Part shown: piece by piece, positions 28,041 through 40,989 of the stretch | How positions within the stretch are numbered: the first letter of the stretch is position 1 | How the letters are laid out: every line of letters starts with the position of its first letter | Made by a program: the position numbers and the translations under genes | Notes under the pieces: model-generated | The model's input: only the letters and a program-made list of their open reading frames with translations | Databases searched by the model: none | What the model was told of the DNA's origin: nothing | DNA from: Escherichia coli | Lineage (GTDB): Bacteria > Pseudomonadota > Gammaproteobacteria > Enterobacterales > Enterobacteriaceae | DNA: 64,000 bases | Reading direction: 5' to 3' (one strand) | NCBI RefSeq assembly: GCF_024502345.1 | Contig: NZ_JALDNN010000001.1

Positions 28041-28115
28041 AAATAAGAATTATTATTGCTGTGCGCGCGAAGATGTTTAAACTGCGGGCTGTAATTCATT
28101 GTCCGGGTTTTCTGC

Positions 28116-29759
28116 ATGGAACTTCTTGTACTTGTCTGGCGGCAGTATCGCTGGCCATTTATCAGTGTGATGGCGCTAAGCCTCGCCAGTGCGGCATTAG
28201 GCATTGGCTTAATTGCTTTTATCAATCAGCGCCTTATCGAAACGGCGGATACCAGTCTGCTGGTATTGCCGGAGTTTCTGGGATTATTGCTGCTGTTGAT
28301 GGCAGTCACTCTCGGATCGCAACTGGCGCTCACCACTTTGGGGCATCACTTCGTTTACCGACTGCGTAGTGAATTTTTCAAGCGGATTCTGGATACCAAC
28401 GTCGAGCGCATTGAACAACTCGGTAGCGCCTCGTTGCTGGCGGGATTAACCAGCGATGTGCGCAATATCACCATTGCTTTTGTGCGTCTGCCGGAACTGG
28501 TGCAGGGGATCATTCTCACTATCGGTTCAGCGGCGTATCTGTGGATGCTGTCGGGCAAAATGTTGCTGGTAACGGCTATCTGGATGGCGATCACCATCTG
28601 GGGTGGTTTTGTACTGGTGGCGCGGGTGTACAAACATATGGCGACCCTGCGTGAAACCGAAGACAAGCTGTACACGGATTTTCAAACCGTACTCGAAGGG
28701 CGCAAAGAGCTGACTCTGAATCGGGAACGCGCCGAGTATGTGTTTAACAACCTCTACATTCCTGATGCGCAAGAGTATCGCCATCATATTATCCGCGCAG
28801 ACACCTTCCATCTTAGTGCCGTGAACTGGTCAAACATCATGATGCTGGGCGCTATCGGCCTGGTGTTCTGGATGGCGAACAGTCTCGGTTGGGCTGATAC
28901 CAACGTTGCTGCGACCTATTCGTTGACACTGTTATTCCTGCGTACGCCGCTGCTTTCGGCGGTTGGCGCATTGCCGACGCTGCTGACGGCGCAGGTGGCG
29001 TTTAACAAGCTGAACAAATTCGCACTCGCGCCTTTCAAAGCAGAGTTTCCGCGCCCGCAGGCGTTTCCCAACTGGCAAACGCTGGAGCTGCGTAACGTGA
29101 CGTTTGCTTATCAGGATAACGCGTTTTCCGTTGGTCCGATTAACCTCACCATCAAACGTGGTGAACTGCTGTTTCTGATTGGCGGCAACGGTAGCGGAAA
29201 ATCGACGCTGGCGATGTTGCTGACGGGCTTGTATCAGCCACAAAGCGGCGAAATCTTGCTGGATGGCAAACCTGTCAGCGGCGAACAACCGGAAGATTAT
29301 CGCAAACTGTTTTCGGCAGTGTTTACCGATGTCTGGCTGTTTGATCAACTGCTGGGGCCGGAGGGTAAACCCGCTAACCCGCAACTGGTTGAGAAGTGGC
29401 TGGCGCAGCTGAAAATGGCTCATAAGCTTGAGTTAAGCAACGGGCGTATTGTTAACCTGAAGTTATCAAAAGGGCAGAAAAAACGCGTGGCGCTGTTGCT
29501 GGCGCTGGCAGAAGAACGCGATATTATCCTGCTGGATGAATGGGCGGCGGATCAGGATCCACACTTCCGTCGTGAGTTTTATCAGGTGTTGCTGCCGCTG
29601 ATGCAGGAGATGGGTAAAACTATTTTCGCTATCAGTCATGATGATCATTACTTTATCCACGCCGACCGCCTGCTGGAAATGCGCAATGGGCAACTTAGCG
29701 AGCTGACGGGCGAAGAGCGCGATGCCGCTTCGCGTGATGCCGTTGCCCGGACGGCATAA
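28116..29759 (+). CDS. yojI: ABC transporter, fused permease/ATPase (microcin J25 efflux type)
   Basis: 547 aa; N-terminal TM region; Walker [10 protein letters not shown], signature [12 protein letters not shown], Walker B IILLDE. Confidence 0.9.
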   Translation: MELLVLVWRQYRWPFISVMALSLASAALGIGLIAFINQRLIETADTSLLVLPEFLGLLLLLMAVTLGSQLALTTLGHHFVYRLRSEFFKRILDTNVERIEQLGSASLLAGLTSDVRNITIAFVRLPELVQGIILTIGSAAYLWMLSGKMLLVTAIWMAITIWGGFVLVARVYKHMATLRETEDKLYTDFQTVLEGRKELTLNRERAEYVFNNLYIPDAQEYRHHIIRADTFHLSAVNWSNIMMLGAIGLVFWMANSLGWADTNVAATYSLTLLFLRTPLLSAVGALPTLLTAQVAFNKLNKFALAPFKAEFPRPQAFPNWQTLELRNVTFAYQDNAFSVGPINLTIKRGELLFLIGGNGSGKSTLAMLLTGLYQPQSGEILLDGKPVSGEQPEDYRKLFSAVFTDVWLFDQLLGPEGKPANPQLVEKWLAQLKMAHKLELSNGRIVNLKLSKGQKKRVALLLALAEERDIILLDEWAADQDPHFRREFYQVLLPLMQEMGKTIFAISHDDHYFIHADRLLEMRNGQLSELTGEERDAASRDAVARTA

Positions 29760-29964
29760 TATTACGACGCTGACCTGGCGGACTGCTGCCGTCAGGTCAA
29801 TATGCTAAAAATCCCTTCATTTCTAATAACCCTATAATTAATCAACGAAATTATAATGTTTCTAAAATTAGAATATAATTTATAAACATTATTTAAATGT
29901 TGTTACTTAAGTGTTACCGTTGATGCCGCGCAAATCTCACCTGCAATAAAGCGACTAAAAGTAA

Positions 29965-31623
<1,659 letters not shown>

Positions 31624-31627
31624 TGAT

Positions 31628-32100
31628 GTGCCACATCCGGCATGGTATGCCGGATGTGGCGTATGCTGATAAGACGCGCCAGCGTCGCATCAGGCAACCG
31701 GCTCGGGCGTTAGATGTCGGATGCGGCGTGACCGCCTTATCCGACCTACGGGGTGGAGCACTTCACAGCGGTGTAGGCCTGATAAGACGCGTCAGCGTCG
31801 CATCAGGCAACCGGCTCGGACGTTGGATGTCGGATGCGGCGTAACCGCCTTATCCGACCTACGGGGTGGAGCACTTCACAGCGGTGTAGGCCTGATAAGA
31901 CGCGTCAGCGTCGCATCAGGCAACCGGCTCGGACGTTGGATGTCGGATGCGGCGTAACCGACTTATTCGACCTACGGGGTGGAGCACTTCACAGCGGCGT
32001 AGGCCTGATAAGACGCGTCAGCGTCGCATCAGGCAACCGGCTCGGGCGTTAGATGTCGGATGCGGCGTGACCGCCTTATCCGACCTACGGGGTGACGCAC
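31628..32100. repeat. mqo terminator hairpin followed by a tandem array of about four 113-bp BIME/REP units
   Basis: Perfect 13-bp inverted repeat ccacatccggcat/atgccggatgtgg, then a 113-bp unit (gataagacgcg.cagcgtcgcatcaggcaaccggctcgg.cgtt.gatgtcggatgcggcgt.accgccttatccgacctacggggtggagcacttcacagcgg.gtaggcct) repeated with few substitutions. Confidence 0.8.
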
Positions 32101-32111
32101 TTCACAGCAGT

Positions 32112-32600
32112 TTAGCGAACTACCGCGTTGTCAATTTTCTCTTCCGCCTTCCAGACGCGGTACTTCACATCTACATTGTCTGGCGTATACACCACGATCG
32201 GCAGCTTGCTGTTGTAACGCAGCATTCCAGCATCGCCCAGATACGCGGTGACAAATTTCTTCTCTTTCTTGCCATCCGGGCAGGCCATCATCGTGGAAAC
32301 CGGCGAGCTAACTTTATCAAAGACATAATAATCATAGCCCCAGCCTTCCAGCGTTTTGCTTTCCAGCTTCCCGCCGAGACGATGCAAATTGCAATCGACT
32401 TCCAGCGTCTGACCGATTAACAGTTCTACTTTCAGGGTAGATTCATCTTCTTGCGGGGTTAACTGAATCACCTGACGCTTCATGCCTTTTTCAGCTTGTG
32501 GATAAGGCGCGATTTTTTCCAGTGGCTGGACGCTCTCTGCCGCCCAGGCGGAAGTGGTGGCGAAAGCGGCAAACAATACTGCAGGTAGAATGGTCTTCAT
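32112..32600 (-). CDS. eco: ecotin, periplasmic serine protease inhibitor
   Basis: 162-aa translation [71 protein letters not shown]... Confidence 0.95.
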
Positions 32601-33006
32601 TTTTTGCTTTCCTTCTTCATTTATAGGTTTGCACCGATGATGTCGCTGAAGGTTAACATATTCATCAGATTTATTAATTTGCTTTATGAATAACTTAAAG
32701 AATATTCAGACAATTTTACCTGCTCTTTTAGTGTTAAATTCTGATGAGAGAGCAAAACAGCAGAAATATCTCTGGTGAATTAATCGCTATATAAATATAT
32801 TTATAACCATTTGAAATGTGAGCAAAAGCCCGTTTTTGCCACGCTTCCCGCCACTCTTTTGATCCTGCTACAGGTTTTACCTCGATCGGGGTATGCATCT
32901 TTGACACATCCTTTAATATCTTAGCGGCTATAAAAATGGCTTATTAATTATGCGGTTTATTTGGTCGCTCTCAATTTTCAGAGCGCGTTAATGATGGAAG
33001 GTCAAT
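32601..33006. promoter_or_regulatory. eco/napF divergent promoter region
   Basis: 406-bp AT-rich intergenic region between divergent genes; individual Fnr/NarP sites could not be confirmed by eye. Confidence 0.35.
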
Positions 33007-33501
33007 GTGAAGATTGATGCATCCCGTCGGGGCATACTCACTGGTCGCTGGCGCAAAGCCAGTAACGGTATCCGTCCGCCCTGGTCCGGTGATGAATCTC
33101 ATTTTCTGACCCATTGCACCCGCTGCGACGCCTGTATTAATGCTTGTGAAAACAACATTCTGCAACGCGGCGCGGGCGGCTATCCGAGCGTTAATTTCAA
33201 AAATAACGAGTGCAGCTTCTGTTACGCCTGCGCGCAGGCTTGCCCCGAATCGCTATTTTCTCCGCGCCACACCAGGGCCTGGGATTTGCAGTTCACCATT
33301 GGGGACGCGTGCCTGGCGTATCAGTCAGTTGAATGCCGCCGCTGTCAGGATAGCTGTGAGCCAATGGCAATTATCTTTCGCCCGACGCTCTCCGGGATCT
33401 ACCAGCCGCAACTTAATAGCCAACTTTGCAACGGATGTGGAGCATGTGCAGCCAGCTGTCCGGTATCAGCCATAACTGCGGAGTATCTCCATGCACACTA
33501 A
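33007..33501 (+). CDS. napF: ferredoxin-type protein NapF
   Basis: 164 aa, GTG start, multiple CxxCxxCxxxCP iron-sulfur motifs. Confidence 0.93.
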   Translation: MKIDASRRGILTGRWRKASNGIRPPWSGDESHFLTHCTRCDACINACENNILQRGAGGYPSVNFKNNECSFCYACAQACPESLFSPRHTRAWDLQFTIGDACLAYQSVECRRCQDSCEPMAIIFRPTLSGIYQPQLNSQLCNGCGACAASCPVSAITAEYLHAH

Positions 33502-33754
33502 CTGGCAAGTTTGCAGCCTGGTCGTGCAGGCCAAAAGCGAACGAATTTCAGACATCAGCACCCAACTGAACGCCTTTCCCGGCTGTGAAGTTGCTGTCAG
33601 CGACGCGCCGAGCGGTCAGTTGATTGTGGTGGTGGAAGCAGAAGACAGCGAAACGCTGATCCAAACCATTGAGTCAGTACGCAACGTAGAGGGCGTGCTG
33701 GCGGTGTCGCTGGTTTATCACCAGCAGGAAGAGCAAGGTGAGGAAACACCATGA
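33491..33754 (+). CDS. napD: NapA chaperone NapD
   Basis: 87-aa ORF overlapping napF and napA ends; [17 protein letters not shown]... Confidence 0.9.
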   Translation: MHTNWQVCSLVVQAKSERISDISTQLNAFPGCEVAVSDAPSGQLIVVVEAEDSETLIQTIESVRNVEGVLAVSLVYHQQEEQGEETP

Positions 33755-36237
33755 AACTCAGTCGTCGTAGCTTTATGAAAGCTAACGCCGTTGCGGCCGC
33801 TGCGGCGGCTGCCGGTCTCAGCGTGCCGGGCGTTGCCCGCGCCGTTGTTGGTCAGCAGGAAGCCATCAAATGGGATAAAGCGCCGTGCCGTTTCTGCGGT
33901 ACTGGTTGCGGCGTTCTGGTCGGAACGCAGCAGGGGCGTGTGGTGGCCTGTCAGGGCGACCCGGACGCACCGGTTAACCGTGGCCTGAACTGCATTAAGG
34001 GCTATTTCCTGCCCAAGATCATGTACGGTAAAGACCGTTTGACGCAGCCGCTGCTGCGTATGAAAAACGGTAAATATGACAAAGAAGGCGAATTTACCCC
34101 AATCACCTGGGATCAGGCCTTCGATGTGATGGAAGAGAAATTCAAAACCGCCCTGAAAGAAAAAGGGCCGGAATCGATCGGTATGTTCGGTTCTGGTCAG
34201 TGGACTATCTGGGAAGGTTATGCCGCGTCCAAGCTGTTTAAAGCGGGCTTCCGTTCGAACAACATCGACCCGAACGCGCGTCACTGTATGGCGTCGGCAG
34301 TAGTTGGCTTTATGCGTACCTTTGGTATGGATGAGCCGATGGGCTGCTATGACGACATCGAGCAGGCTGACGCGTTTGTGCTGTGGGGCGCAAACATGGC
34401 GGAGATGCACCCGATCCTCTGGTCACGCATCACTAACCGTCGTCTCTCTAACCAGGACGTCACCGTGGCGGTGCTTTCAACCTACCAGCATCGTAGCTTC
34501 GAGCTGGCGGATAACGGCATCATCTTTACGCCACAGTCTGACCTGGTGATCCTGAACTACATCGCCAACTATATCATTCAAAACAATGCGATAAATCAGG
34601 ACTTCTTCAGCAAACACGTTAACCTGCGCAAAGGGGCGACGGACATCGGCTACGGTTTACGTCCGACCCATCCGCTGGAAAAAGCAGCGAAGAATCCGGG
34701 TTCTGACGCCTCCGAACCGATGAGCTTTGAAGATTACAAAGCCTTCGTTGCTGAGTATACGCTGGAAAAAACCGCTGAAATGACCGGCGTGCCGAAAGAC
34801 CAGTTAGAACAACTGGCGCAGCTGTATGCCGATCCGAACAAGAAAGTCATATCCTACTGGACGATGGGCTTCAACCAGCATACCCGTGGTGTGTGGGCCA
34901 ACAACCTGGTCTACAACCTGCACCTGCTGACCGGCAAAATTTCCCAGCCGGGTTGCGGTCCGTTCTCCCTGACCGGGCAGCCTTCCGCGTGTGGTACTGC
35001 GCGTGAAGTGGGCACCTTTGCTCACCGTCTGCCTGCGGACATGGTGGTAACTAACGAGAAACATCGTGATATCTGCGAGAAGAAGTGGAATATCCCGAGC
35101 GGCACCATTCCGGCGAAAATCGGTCTGCATGCGGTAGCACAAGACCGTGCGCTGAAAGACGGCAAGCTGAATGTTTACTGGACCATGTGTACCAACAACA
35201 TGCAGGCCGGGCCGAACATCAATGAAGAGCGTATGCCGGGCTGGCGCGATCCGCGCAACTTCATCATCGTCTCCGATCCGTATCCGACAGTCAGTGCGCT
35301 GGCCGCCGACTTGATCCTGCCGACCGCAATGTGGGTAGAGAAAGAGGGCGCTTACGGTAACGCCGAACGCCGTACTCAGTTCTGGCGTCAGCAGGTACAG
35401 GCGCCAGGCGAAGCGAAATCGGATCTCTGGCAGTTAGTCCAGTTCTCCCGCCGCTTCAAAACTGAAGAAGTATGGCCGGAAGAGCTGCTGGCGAAGAAAC
35501 CGGAACTGCGTGGCAAAACGCTGTACGAAGTTCTGTATGCCACCCCCGAAGTGAGCAAATTCCCGGTATCCGAACTGGCGGAAGATCAGCTGAACGATGA
35601 ATCCCGCGAGCTGGGCTTCTATCTGCAAAAAGGGCTGTTCGAAGAGTACGCATGGTTTGGTCGCGGTCACGGTCACGATCTCGCGCCGTTCGATGACTAC
35701 CACAAAGCGCGCGGTCTGCGCTGGCCGGTGGTGAACGGTAAAGAAACGCAGTGGCGTTACAGCGAAGGTAACGACCCGTACGTGAAAGCGGGCGAAGGCT
35801 ATAAGTTCTACGGTAAACCGGATGGTAAAGCGGTGATCTTCGCGCTGCCGTTCGAACCGGCGGCGGAAGCACCGGATGAAGAGTACGACCTGTGGCTCTC
35901 TACCGGACGCGTCCTGGAGCACTGGCACACCGGCAGTATGACTCGCCGTGTGCCGGAACTGCACCGTGCCTTCCCGGAAGCGGTCCTGTTTATTCACCCG
36001 CTGGATGCGAAAGCGCGCGATCTGCGCCGTGGCGACAAAGTGAAAGTGGTTTCTCGCCGTGGCGAAGTGATCTCGATTGTCGAAACGCGCGGTCGTAACC
36101 GTCCGCCGCAGGGCCTGGTGTACATGCCGTTCTTCGACGCCGCACAGCTGGTTAACAAACTAACGCTGGACGCGACCGATCCGCTCTCGAAAGAGACGGA
36201 CTTCAAGAAGTGCGCGGTCAAACTGGAGAAGGTGTAA
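33751..36237 (+). CDS. napA: periplasmic nitrate reductase catalytic subunit
   Basis: 828 aa; twin-arginine signal [20 protein letters not shown]; N-terminal 4Fe-4S Cys cluster; molybdopterin oxidoreductase length. Confidence 0.98.
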   Translation: MKLSRRSFMKANAVAAAAAAAGLSVPGVARAVVGQQEAIKWDKAPCRFCGTGCGVLVGTQQGRVVACQGDPDAPVNRGLNCIKGYFLPKIMYGKDRLTQPLLRMKNGKYDKEGEFTPITWDQAFDVMEEKFKTALKEKGPESIGMFGSGQWTIWEGYAASKLFKAGFRSNNIDPNARHCMASAVVGFMRTFGMDEPMGCYDDIEQADAFVLWGANMAEMHPILWSRITNRRLSNQDVTVAVLSTYQHRSFELADNGIIFTPQSDLVILNYIANYIIQNNAINQDFFSKHVNLRKGATDIGYGLRPTHPLEKAAKNPGSDASEPMSFEDYKAFVAEYTLEKTAEMTGVPKDQLEQLAQLYADPNKKVISYWTMGFNQHTRGVWANNLVYNLHLLTGKISQPGCGPFSLTGQPSACGTAREVGTFAHRLPADMVVTNEKHRDICEKKWNIPSGTIPAKIGLHAVAQDRALKDGKLNVYWTMCTNNMQAGPNINEERMPGWRDPRNFIIVSDPYPTVSALAADLILPTAMWVEKEGAYGNAERRTQFWRQQVQAPGEAKSDLWQLVQFSRRFKTEEVWPEELLAKKPELRGKTLYEVLYATPEVSKFPVSELAEDQLNDESRELGFYLQKGLFEEYAWFGRGHGHDLAPFDDYHKARGLRWPVVNGKETQWRYSEGNDPYVKAGEGYKFYGKPDGKAVIFALPFEPAAEAPDEEYDLWLSTGRVLEHWHTGSMTRRVPELHRAFPEAVLFIHPLDAKARDLRRGDKVKVVSRRGEVISIVETRGRNRPPQGLVYMPFFDAAQLVNKLTLDATDPLSKETDFKKCAVKLEKV

Positions 36238-36243
36238 GCCATT

Positions 36244-36939
36244 ATGTCCCGGTCAGCGAAACCTCAAAATGGTCGCCGCCGCTTTCTGCGCGATGTCGTT
36301 CGCACAGCAGGCGGGCTGGCTGCCGTGGGTGTGGCGCTGGGGTTACAACAGCAAACCGCACGCGCATCTGGCGTGCGGTTGCGCCCGCCCGGAGCCATAA
36401 ACGAGAACGCCTTTGCCAGTGCCTGTGTGCGTTGCGGTCAGTGTGTTCAGGCTTGCCCTTACGACACCTTAAAACTGGCGACGCTGGCCTCTGGCCTGTC
36501 GGCGGGCACGCCATATTTTGTCGCACGGGATATTCCTTGCGAAATGTGTGAGGACATTCCGTGCGCCAAAGTGTGCCCGAGCGGTGCGCTGGATCGTGAG
36601 ATTGAATCGATCGACGACGCGCGGATGGGGCTGGCGGTACTGGTGGACCAGGAAAACTGTCTCAACTTTCAGGGGCTGCGCTGCGATGTTTGTTATCGCG
36701 AATGCCCGAAAATTGATGAGGCCATCACCCTGGAGCTGGAGCGCAACACGCGTACCGGTAAGCACGCCCGCTTTCTGCCGACGGTTCACAGCGACGCCTG
36801 TACCGGTTGCGGTAAGTGCGAAAAAGTATGCGTGCTGGAACAACCGGCAATCAAGGTGTTACCGCTGTCACTGGCGAAAGGGGAGTTAGGTCACCATTAC
36901 CGCTTCGGCTGGCTGGAGGGGAACAATGGCAAATCGTAA
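36244..36939 (+). CDS. napG: ferredoxin-type protein NapG
   Basis: 231 aa with Tat-like signal RRRFLRD and four Fe-S Cys clusters. Confidence 0.94.
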
Positions 36940-37789
36940 ACGTGACGCCGGGCGCGAGGCGCTGGAGAAAAAAGGCTGGTGGCGCAGTCACCGTTGGCTG
37001 GTGTTACGTCGCCTTTGTCAGTTCTTCGTGCTGGGGATGTTTTTGAGCGGTCCGTGGTTTGGTGTGTGGATCTTGCACGGCAACTACAGCAGTAGCCTGT
37101 TATTCGACACCGTTCCGCTGACCGATCCGCTGATGACGCTGCAAAGTCTTGCCAGTGGTCATCTGCCTGCCACGGTGGCGTTGACCGGTGCGGTGATTAT
37201 CACCGTGCTCTACGCCCTGGCAGGAAAGCGATTATTTTGCAGCTGGGTCTGCCCGCTGAACCCGATTACCGACTTAGCGAACTGGTTACGCAGGCGCTTT
37301 GACCTCAATCAGTCTGCGACGATCCCTCGCCACATTCGCTACGTGCTGTTGGTGGTCATTCTGGTGGGATCTGCCTTAACTGGCACGCTCATCTGGGAAT
37401 GGATCAACCCCGTTTCCCTGATGGGGCGTAGCCTGGTAATGGGCTTCGGCAGCGGCGCGCTGCTTATTCTCGCGCTGTTTTTATTTGATCTACTGGTCGT
37501 TGAACACGGCTGGTGCGGGCACATTTGTCCGGTTGGCGCGCTGTATGGCGTGCTGGGTAGCAAAGGTGTGATTACCGTTGCGGCCAGCGATCGGCAGAAA
37601 TGTAACCGCTGTATGGATTGTTTTCATGTTTGCCCGGAACCGCATGTGCTACGTGCCCCGGTGCTGGATGAACAAAGCCCGGTGCAGGTCACCAGCCGCG
37701 ATTGCATGACGTGCGGTCGCTGCGTGGATGTCTGTTCTGAGGATGTATTTACAATAACTACACGATGGAGTTCGGGAGCGAAATCATGA
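36926..37789 (+). CDS. napH: membrane ferredoxin-type protein NapH
   Basis: 287 aa, TM segments plus C-terminal CxxCxxC motifs. Confidence 0.94.
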
Positions 37790-38229
37790 AAAGCCATGAC
37801 CTGAAGAAAGCGCTGTGTCAATGGACGGCGATGCTGGCCCTGGTGGTAAGCGGCGCGGTTTGGGCGGCTAATGGCGTCGATTTTAGCCAGTCGCCGGAAG
37901 TATCCGGGACGCAGGAAGGGGCCATTCGGATGCCAAAAGAGCAGGATCGGATGCCGCTGAACTATGTGAATCAGCCGCCAATGATCCCGCATAGCGTTGA
38001 AGGTTATCAGGTAACGACCAATACCAACCGCTGCTTGCAGTGCCACGGTGTCGAAAGCTATCGCACCACTGGCGCGCCGCGTATCAGTCCTACTCACTTT
38101 ATGGACAGCGACGGCAAAGTGGGCGCGGAAGTGGCTCCGCGTCGTTATTTCTGTCTGCAATGTCACGTACCGCAGGCCGATACCGCGCCAATCGTGGGGA
38201 ATACCTTTACCCCATCAAATACCGAATGA
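37786..38229 (+). CDS. napB: periplasmic nitrate reductase dihaem cytochrome c subunit; final codons appear replaced at the prophage junction
   Basis: [27 protein letters not shown]... with two CxxCH motifs (CLQCH x2); ends ...NTFTPSNTE whereas the remembered reference ends ...TPSKGYGK. Confidence 0.88.
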   Translation: MKSHDLKKALCQWTAMLALVVSGAVWAANGVDFSQSPEVSGTQEGAIRMPKEQDRMPLNYVNQPPMIPHSVEGYQVTTNTNRCLQCHGVESYRTTGAPRISPTHFMDSDGKVGAEVAPRRYFCLQCHVPQADTAPIVGNTFTPSNTE

Positions 38230-38671
38230 AGTGGACTATCGAAAATTGCAGGAACTGTTCACGCGGATCGCCATCGATAAACATATTCAGCAAAAGCTTG
38301 AACATCCTCACCACCAGCTGGTGGCTACCTACCAGTCATTAAACCGCAAGTATTCAGAATTGCTGGAGGAATACAAAATCCTTCGGCGCTGCTTCTCTGT
38401 TTCCGCTCTTGTTCCTTATACCGACGTATGGACACATAAGCCTGTTCAGTTTTATCCAGGCAAACATCCATGCGAAAAACCTGCCGACATGCTGAAACAG
38501 ATCATTAGCGCCAGCAGCAGACCGGGGGATATCGTTGCCGATTTCTTTATGGGCTCTGGTTCAACTGTGAAAGCTGCAATAGAACTTGGCCGTCGGGCGA
38601 TCGGCGTAGAACTGGAGGCAGACAGGTTTATACAGACCACCGAAGAGGTGGAAAAACTGAAAAAATCATAA
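38219..38671 (+). pseudogene. 5'-truncated phage DNA N6-adenine/N4-cytosine methyltransferase (C-terminal fragment only)
   Basis: HPCEKP and DIVADFFMGSGSTVKAAIELGRRAIGVELE (FxGxG SAM-binding motif I) present; no DPPY catalytic motif and no in-frame start after the napB junction. Confidence 0.6.
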
Positions 38672-38816
38672 CGATCACCACGCTCCCCCGTTGCTGTGGT
38701 GATCACCATCTTCAGGCACCGGGAATCATCCTTAATTTTTACTTGAACATAAGAGCCCGGTTGCCTGATCCCCTTCAATCACACACAGCGCCATCCGAAC
38801 TATCGGAGGTGAGGCT

Positions 38817-39095
38817 ATGACCAGAATGAGCACCATTTACAGCAGACTTTCATATGGATCAGGAACCACGCTTGCCGGCTGCGGTGTATCAGCGAAGGCA
38901 TATGCCGAAACAGCTAAAACAGCAAAAGAGGTGTCCTGGATGTTGGCCGACAGAATTGCAGGGTTAAGCCTGAGTGACTGGGCAATTATTGTCGGTATCG
39001 CATGCACAGTTATCACCTGTGCAGTGAACTGGTATTACAGGAAAAAGGAAAGGGAGGACCGGCTTAATGGCAATGTCACCAAAGCAGAAGAATAA
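38817..39095 (+). CDS. putative holin (pinholin-like, possible dual start MTRM)
   Basis: 92-aa ORF with strong RBS ggaggtga, hydrophobic TM segment WAIIVGIACTVITCAVNWYY and charged C-terminus; directly upstream of the endolysin. Confidence 0.6.
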   Translation: MTRMSTIYSRLSYGSGTTLAGCGVSAKAYAETAKTAKEVSWMLADRIAGLSLSDWAIIVGIACTVITCAVNWYYRKKEREDRLNGNVTKAEE

Positions 39096-39615
39096 ACTGA
39101 GCGCAGCGGTCGTTGGGTTAATTCTTGCCGGGGCTTCCGCACCCGTGATTCTCGATCAGTTTCTGGATGAGAAAGAGGGTAACAGCACAACAGCGTACAA
39201 GGACGGCTCTGGTATATGGACCATTTGTCGTGGCGCTACGATGGTTGATGGCAAGCCAGTAGTTCAGGGCATGAAGCTGTCTGCTGAGAAATGTTCCAAG
39301 GTGAACGCCATAGAACGCGACAAGGCGCTGGCGTGGGTCGAGCGAAACATCAAGGTGCCACTGACCGAACCACAGAAAGCCGGGATCGCGTCTTTCTGCC
39401 CATATAACATCGGTCCCGGAAAATGTTTCCCATCTACGTTCTATAAGCGAATAAATGCTGGCGACCGTGAAGGTGCCTGTGAAGCGATCCGCTGGTGGAT
39501 AAAAGACGGTGGTCGCGATTGTCGTCTGACCAAAGGGCAGAAGAACGGTTGCTATGGTCAGGTTGAACGGCGAGACCAGGAAAGCGCGTTGACGTGCTGG
39601 GGGATAGACCAGTGA
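39067..39615 (+). CDS. SAR endolysin (T4-lysozyme-like muramidase with N-terminal signal-anchor-release domain)
   Basis: N-terminal [19 protein letters not shown] hydrophobic segment followed by the E-x8-D-x5-T catalytic triad context ([20 protein letters not shown]). Confidence 0.85.
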   Translation: MAMSPKQKNKLSAAVVGLILAGASAPVILDQFLDEKEGNSTTAYKDGSGIWTICRGATMVDGKPVVQGMKLSAEKCSKVNAIERDKALAWVERNIKVPLTEPQKAGIASFCPYNIGPGKCFPSTFYKRINAGDREGACEAIRWWIKDGGRDCRLTKGQKNGCYGQVERRDQESALTCWGIDQ

Positions 39616-40127
39616 GCCTGCGCTATCAGTTCATTGTTATTTTGTTGCTGGTGGCCGTTGCATTCTTCGCGGGTAGTGTATGGAGCAGCCGCGGTTGGGA
39701 AAAGAAGTGGGCCGAGCGTGACAGCGTAGAATCATCGCAAACAGCGAACGCACAGACCGCCGCTCGCATGATTGAACAAGGGCGTATTATTGCCCGTGAT
39801 GAGGCTGTAAAAGATGCACAAGCACAAGCCGCTAAATCCGCTGCCACTGCTGCTGGCCTGTCTGCCACTGTTAACCAGCTGCGTACCGAAGCAACAAAGC
39901 TTGCCACTCGCCTGGACGCCGCAAAGCACACCGCAGATCTTGCCACTGCCGTCAGAAGCAAAACAGCCGGAGCCGACGCCGCAGTGCTCGCCGACATGCT
40001 CGGACGCCTTGCAGAAGAAGCTCGATATTATGCTGAGCGATCTGACGAAAGCTACCGGGCAGGAATGACGTGTGAGCGCATTTACGACTCAGTGAGGCAG
40101 TCAAACAACAACAGGGTTAGAAGATGA
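39594..40127 (+). CDS. i-spanin Rz
   Basis: N-terminal TM ([15 protein letters not shown]) plus coiled-coil Ala/Gln-rich periplasmic domain; overlaps the endolysin end; contains the embedded Rz1 frame. Confidence 0.75.
   Translation: MLGDRPVSLRYQFIVILLLVAVAFFAGSVWSSRGWEKKWAERDSVESSQTANAQTAARMIEQGRIIARDEAVKDAQAQAAKSAATAAGLSATVNQLRTEATKLATRLDAAKHTADLATAVRSKTAGADAAVLADMLGRLAEEARYYAERSDESYRAGMTCERIYDSVRQSNNNRVRR
39814..40068 (+). CDS. o-spanin Rz1 (lipoprotein) embedded in the +1 frame of Rz
   Basis: Signal peptide with lipobox-like LLTSC, then a Pro-rich mature region; entirely inside Rz. Confidence 0.65.
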   Translation: MHKHKPLNPLPLLLACLPLLTSCVPKQQSLPLAWTPQSTPQILPLPSEAKQPEPTPQCSPTCSDALQKKLDIMLSDLTKATGQE

Positions 40128-40354
40128 ACGCAGAAAACCTAAGTGAAGCGTATTACCTCAATAACGATATAAAAGAACTACAACTTCAGAAAAGCATACT
40201 GGAAAGTGGTGCCGGACTTGGTGTGACAATCCAGTCTACCTATCAGGATAACGCCTTTCTTGATGCCATACGCCCGCATGCAGTGGCTGAACTTGATCGC
40301 CGTATTGTGGAGAAGAAAAAAAACCTCTCCACTCTGGGTGTTACATTCTCTTAA
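40124..40354 (+). CDS. hypothetical small prophage protein (76 aa)
   Basis: ORF starting 4 nt before the Rz stop (translational coupling); no recognisable motif. Confidence 0.35.
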   Translation: MNAENLSEAYYLNNDIKELQLQKSILESGAGLGVTIQSTYQDNAFLDAIRPHAVAELDRRIVEKKKNLSTLGVTFS

Positions 40355-40738
40355 ATGAGAACAACAATAAAAGGTTATGTCTGCTTTGCCACATTCTGAG
40401 AGTATGAGTTTTATTTGGTAGTCAATCAGTTACTTTATTGGTTTGCTTTCCGATGGAAGATAGATGTTTCCACAGAAGGGGCAAATTAACGTTATATTGT
40501 TTTTTATTCTCGACAGACTGTGCTTTGACTGGCGGGAGCAATGAGGACAAGTACTTTTCACATGGCGTAAAGTACGCATCTTGATATCTTTGAGTATCGA
40601 CATGTTGATTGTCCTGGTGGGCGGTTAACAACCATACACCACATGTTGGCTAATAGCTTCTTTTATAACCGTTACGATGTAGTCGTTAGCCATAATCAAT
40701 CAAGCCTCGCAATAGCGGGGCTTTTTAACAACTGAGGA

Positions 40739-40942
40739 ATGAGCATTACAGTAGTTCTTACAGCTAAGCAGATTGAAGACCTGGCTGCCTTCGCAAAAGA
40801 AGATGGCCAGCCACAATATACCATCACTACCGGAACAATCCCTGAGTTCGAAGCGGATGATGGCGAGGTTATCCCTGAGTACACCGGGCTGATTGCCTAT
40901 TCCGAGTCGCTAGAGCATAGCGTTCTACAGCTCGATAACTAA
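40739..40942 (+). CDS. hypothetical small acidic prophage protein (67 aa); a degenerate paralogue lies at about 42.78-42.96 kb
   Basis: ORF with the motif F-E-ADDG-x-I-P-x-Y-TGL; a similar C-terminal fragment (FDADDGTLSPNTLGLL...) recurs at 42823-42962. Confidence 0.35.
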   Translation: MSITVVLTAKQIEDLAAFAKEDGQPQYTITTGTIPEFEADDGEVIPEYTGLIAYSESLEHSVLQLDN

Positions 40943-40989
40943 CGAATCAACATAACTTTCCATCCGCCATGACACCACAATGCTCGTAG

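Noticed and set aside
32601-33006. Specific FNR (TTGAT-N4-ATCAA) and NarP heptamer sites in the napF promoter
   Set aside because: No convincing consensus match found by eye; only the region as a whole is annotated at low confidence.
35434-35997. 187-aa and 138-aa minus-strand ORFs within napA
   Set aside because: Antisense to a conserved molybdoenzyme gene; typical GC-rich antisense artefacts.
38048-38218. N-terminal part of the 207-aa track ORF (MSKAIAPLARR...) preceding the methyltransferase fragment
   Set aside because: This stretch lies inside napB in a different frame and has no methyltransferase motifs; it is read-through into the truncated phage gene, not a real N-terminus.
38673-38704. 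9-bp perfect inverted repeat upstream of the holin as an intrinsic terminator
   Set aside because: No downstream T-run; more likely a protein-binding palindrome or an RNA structure, so not annotated as a terminator.
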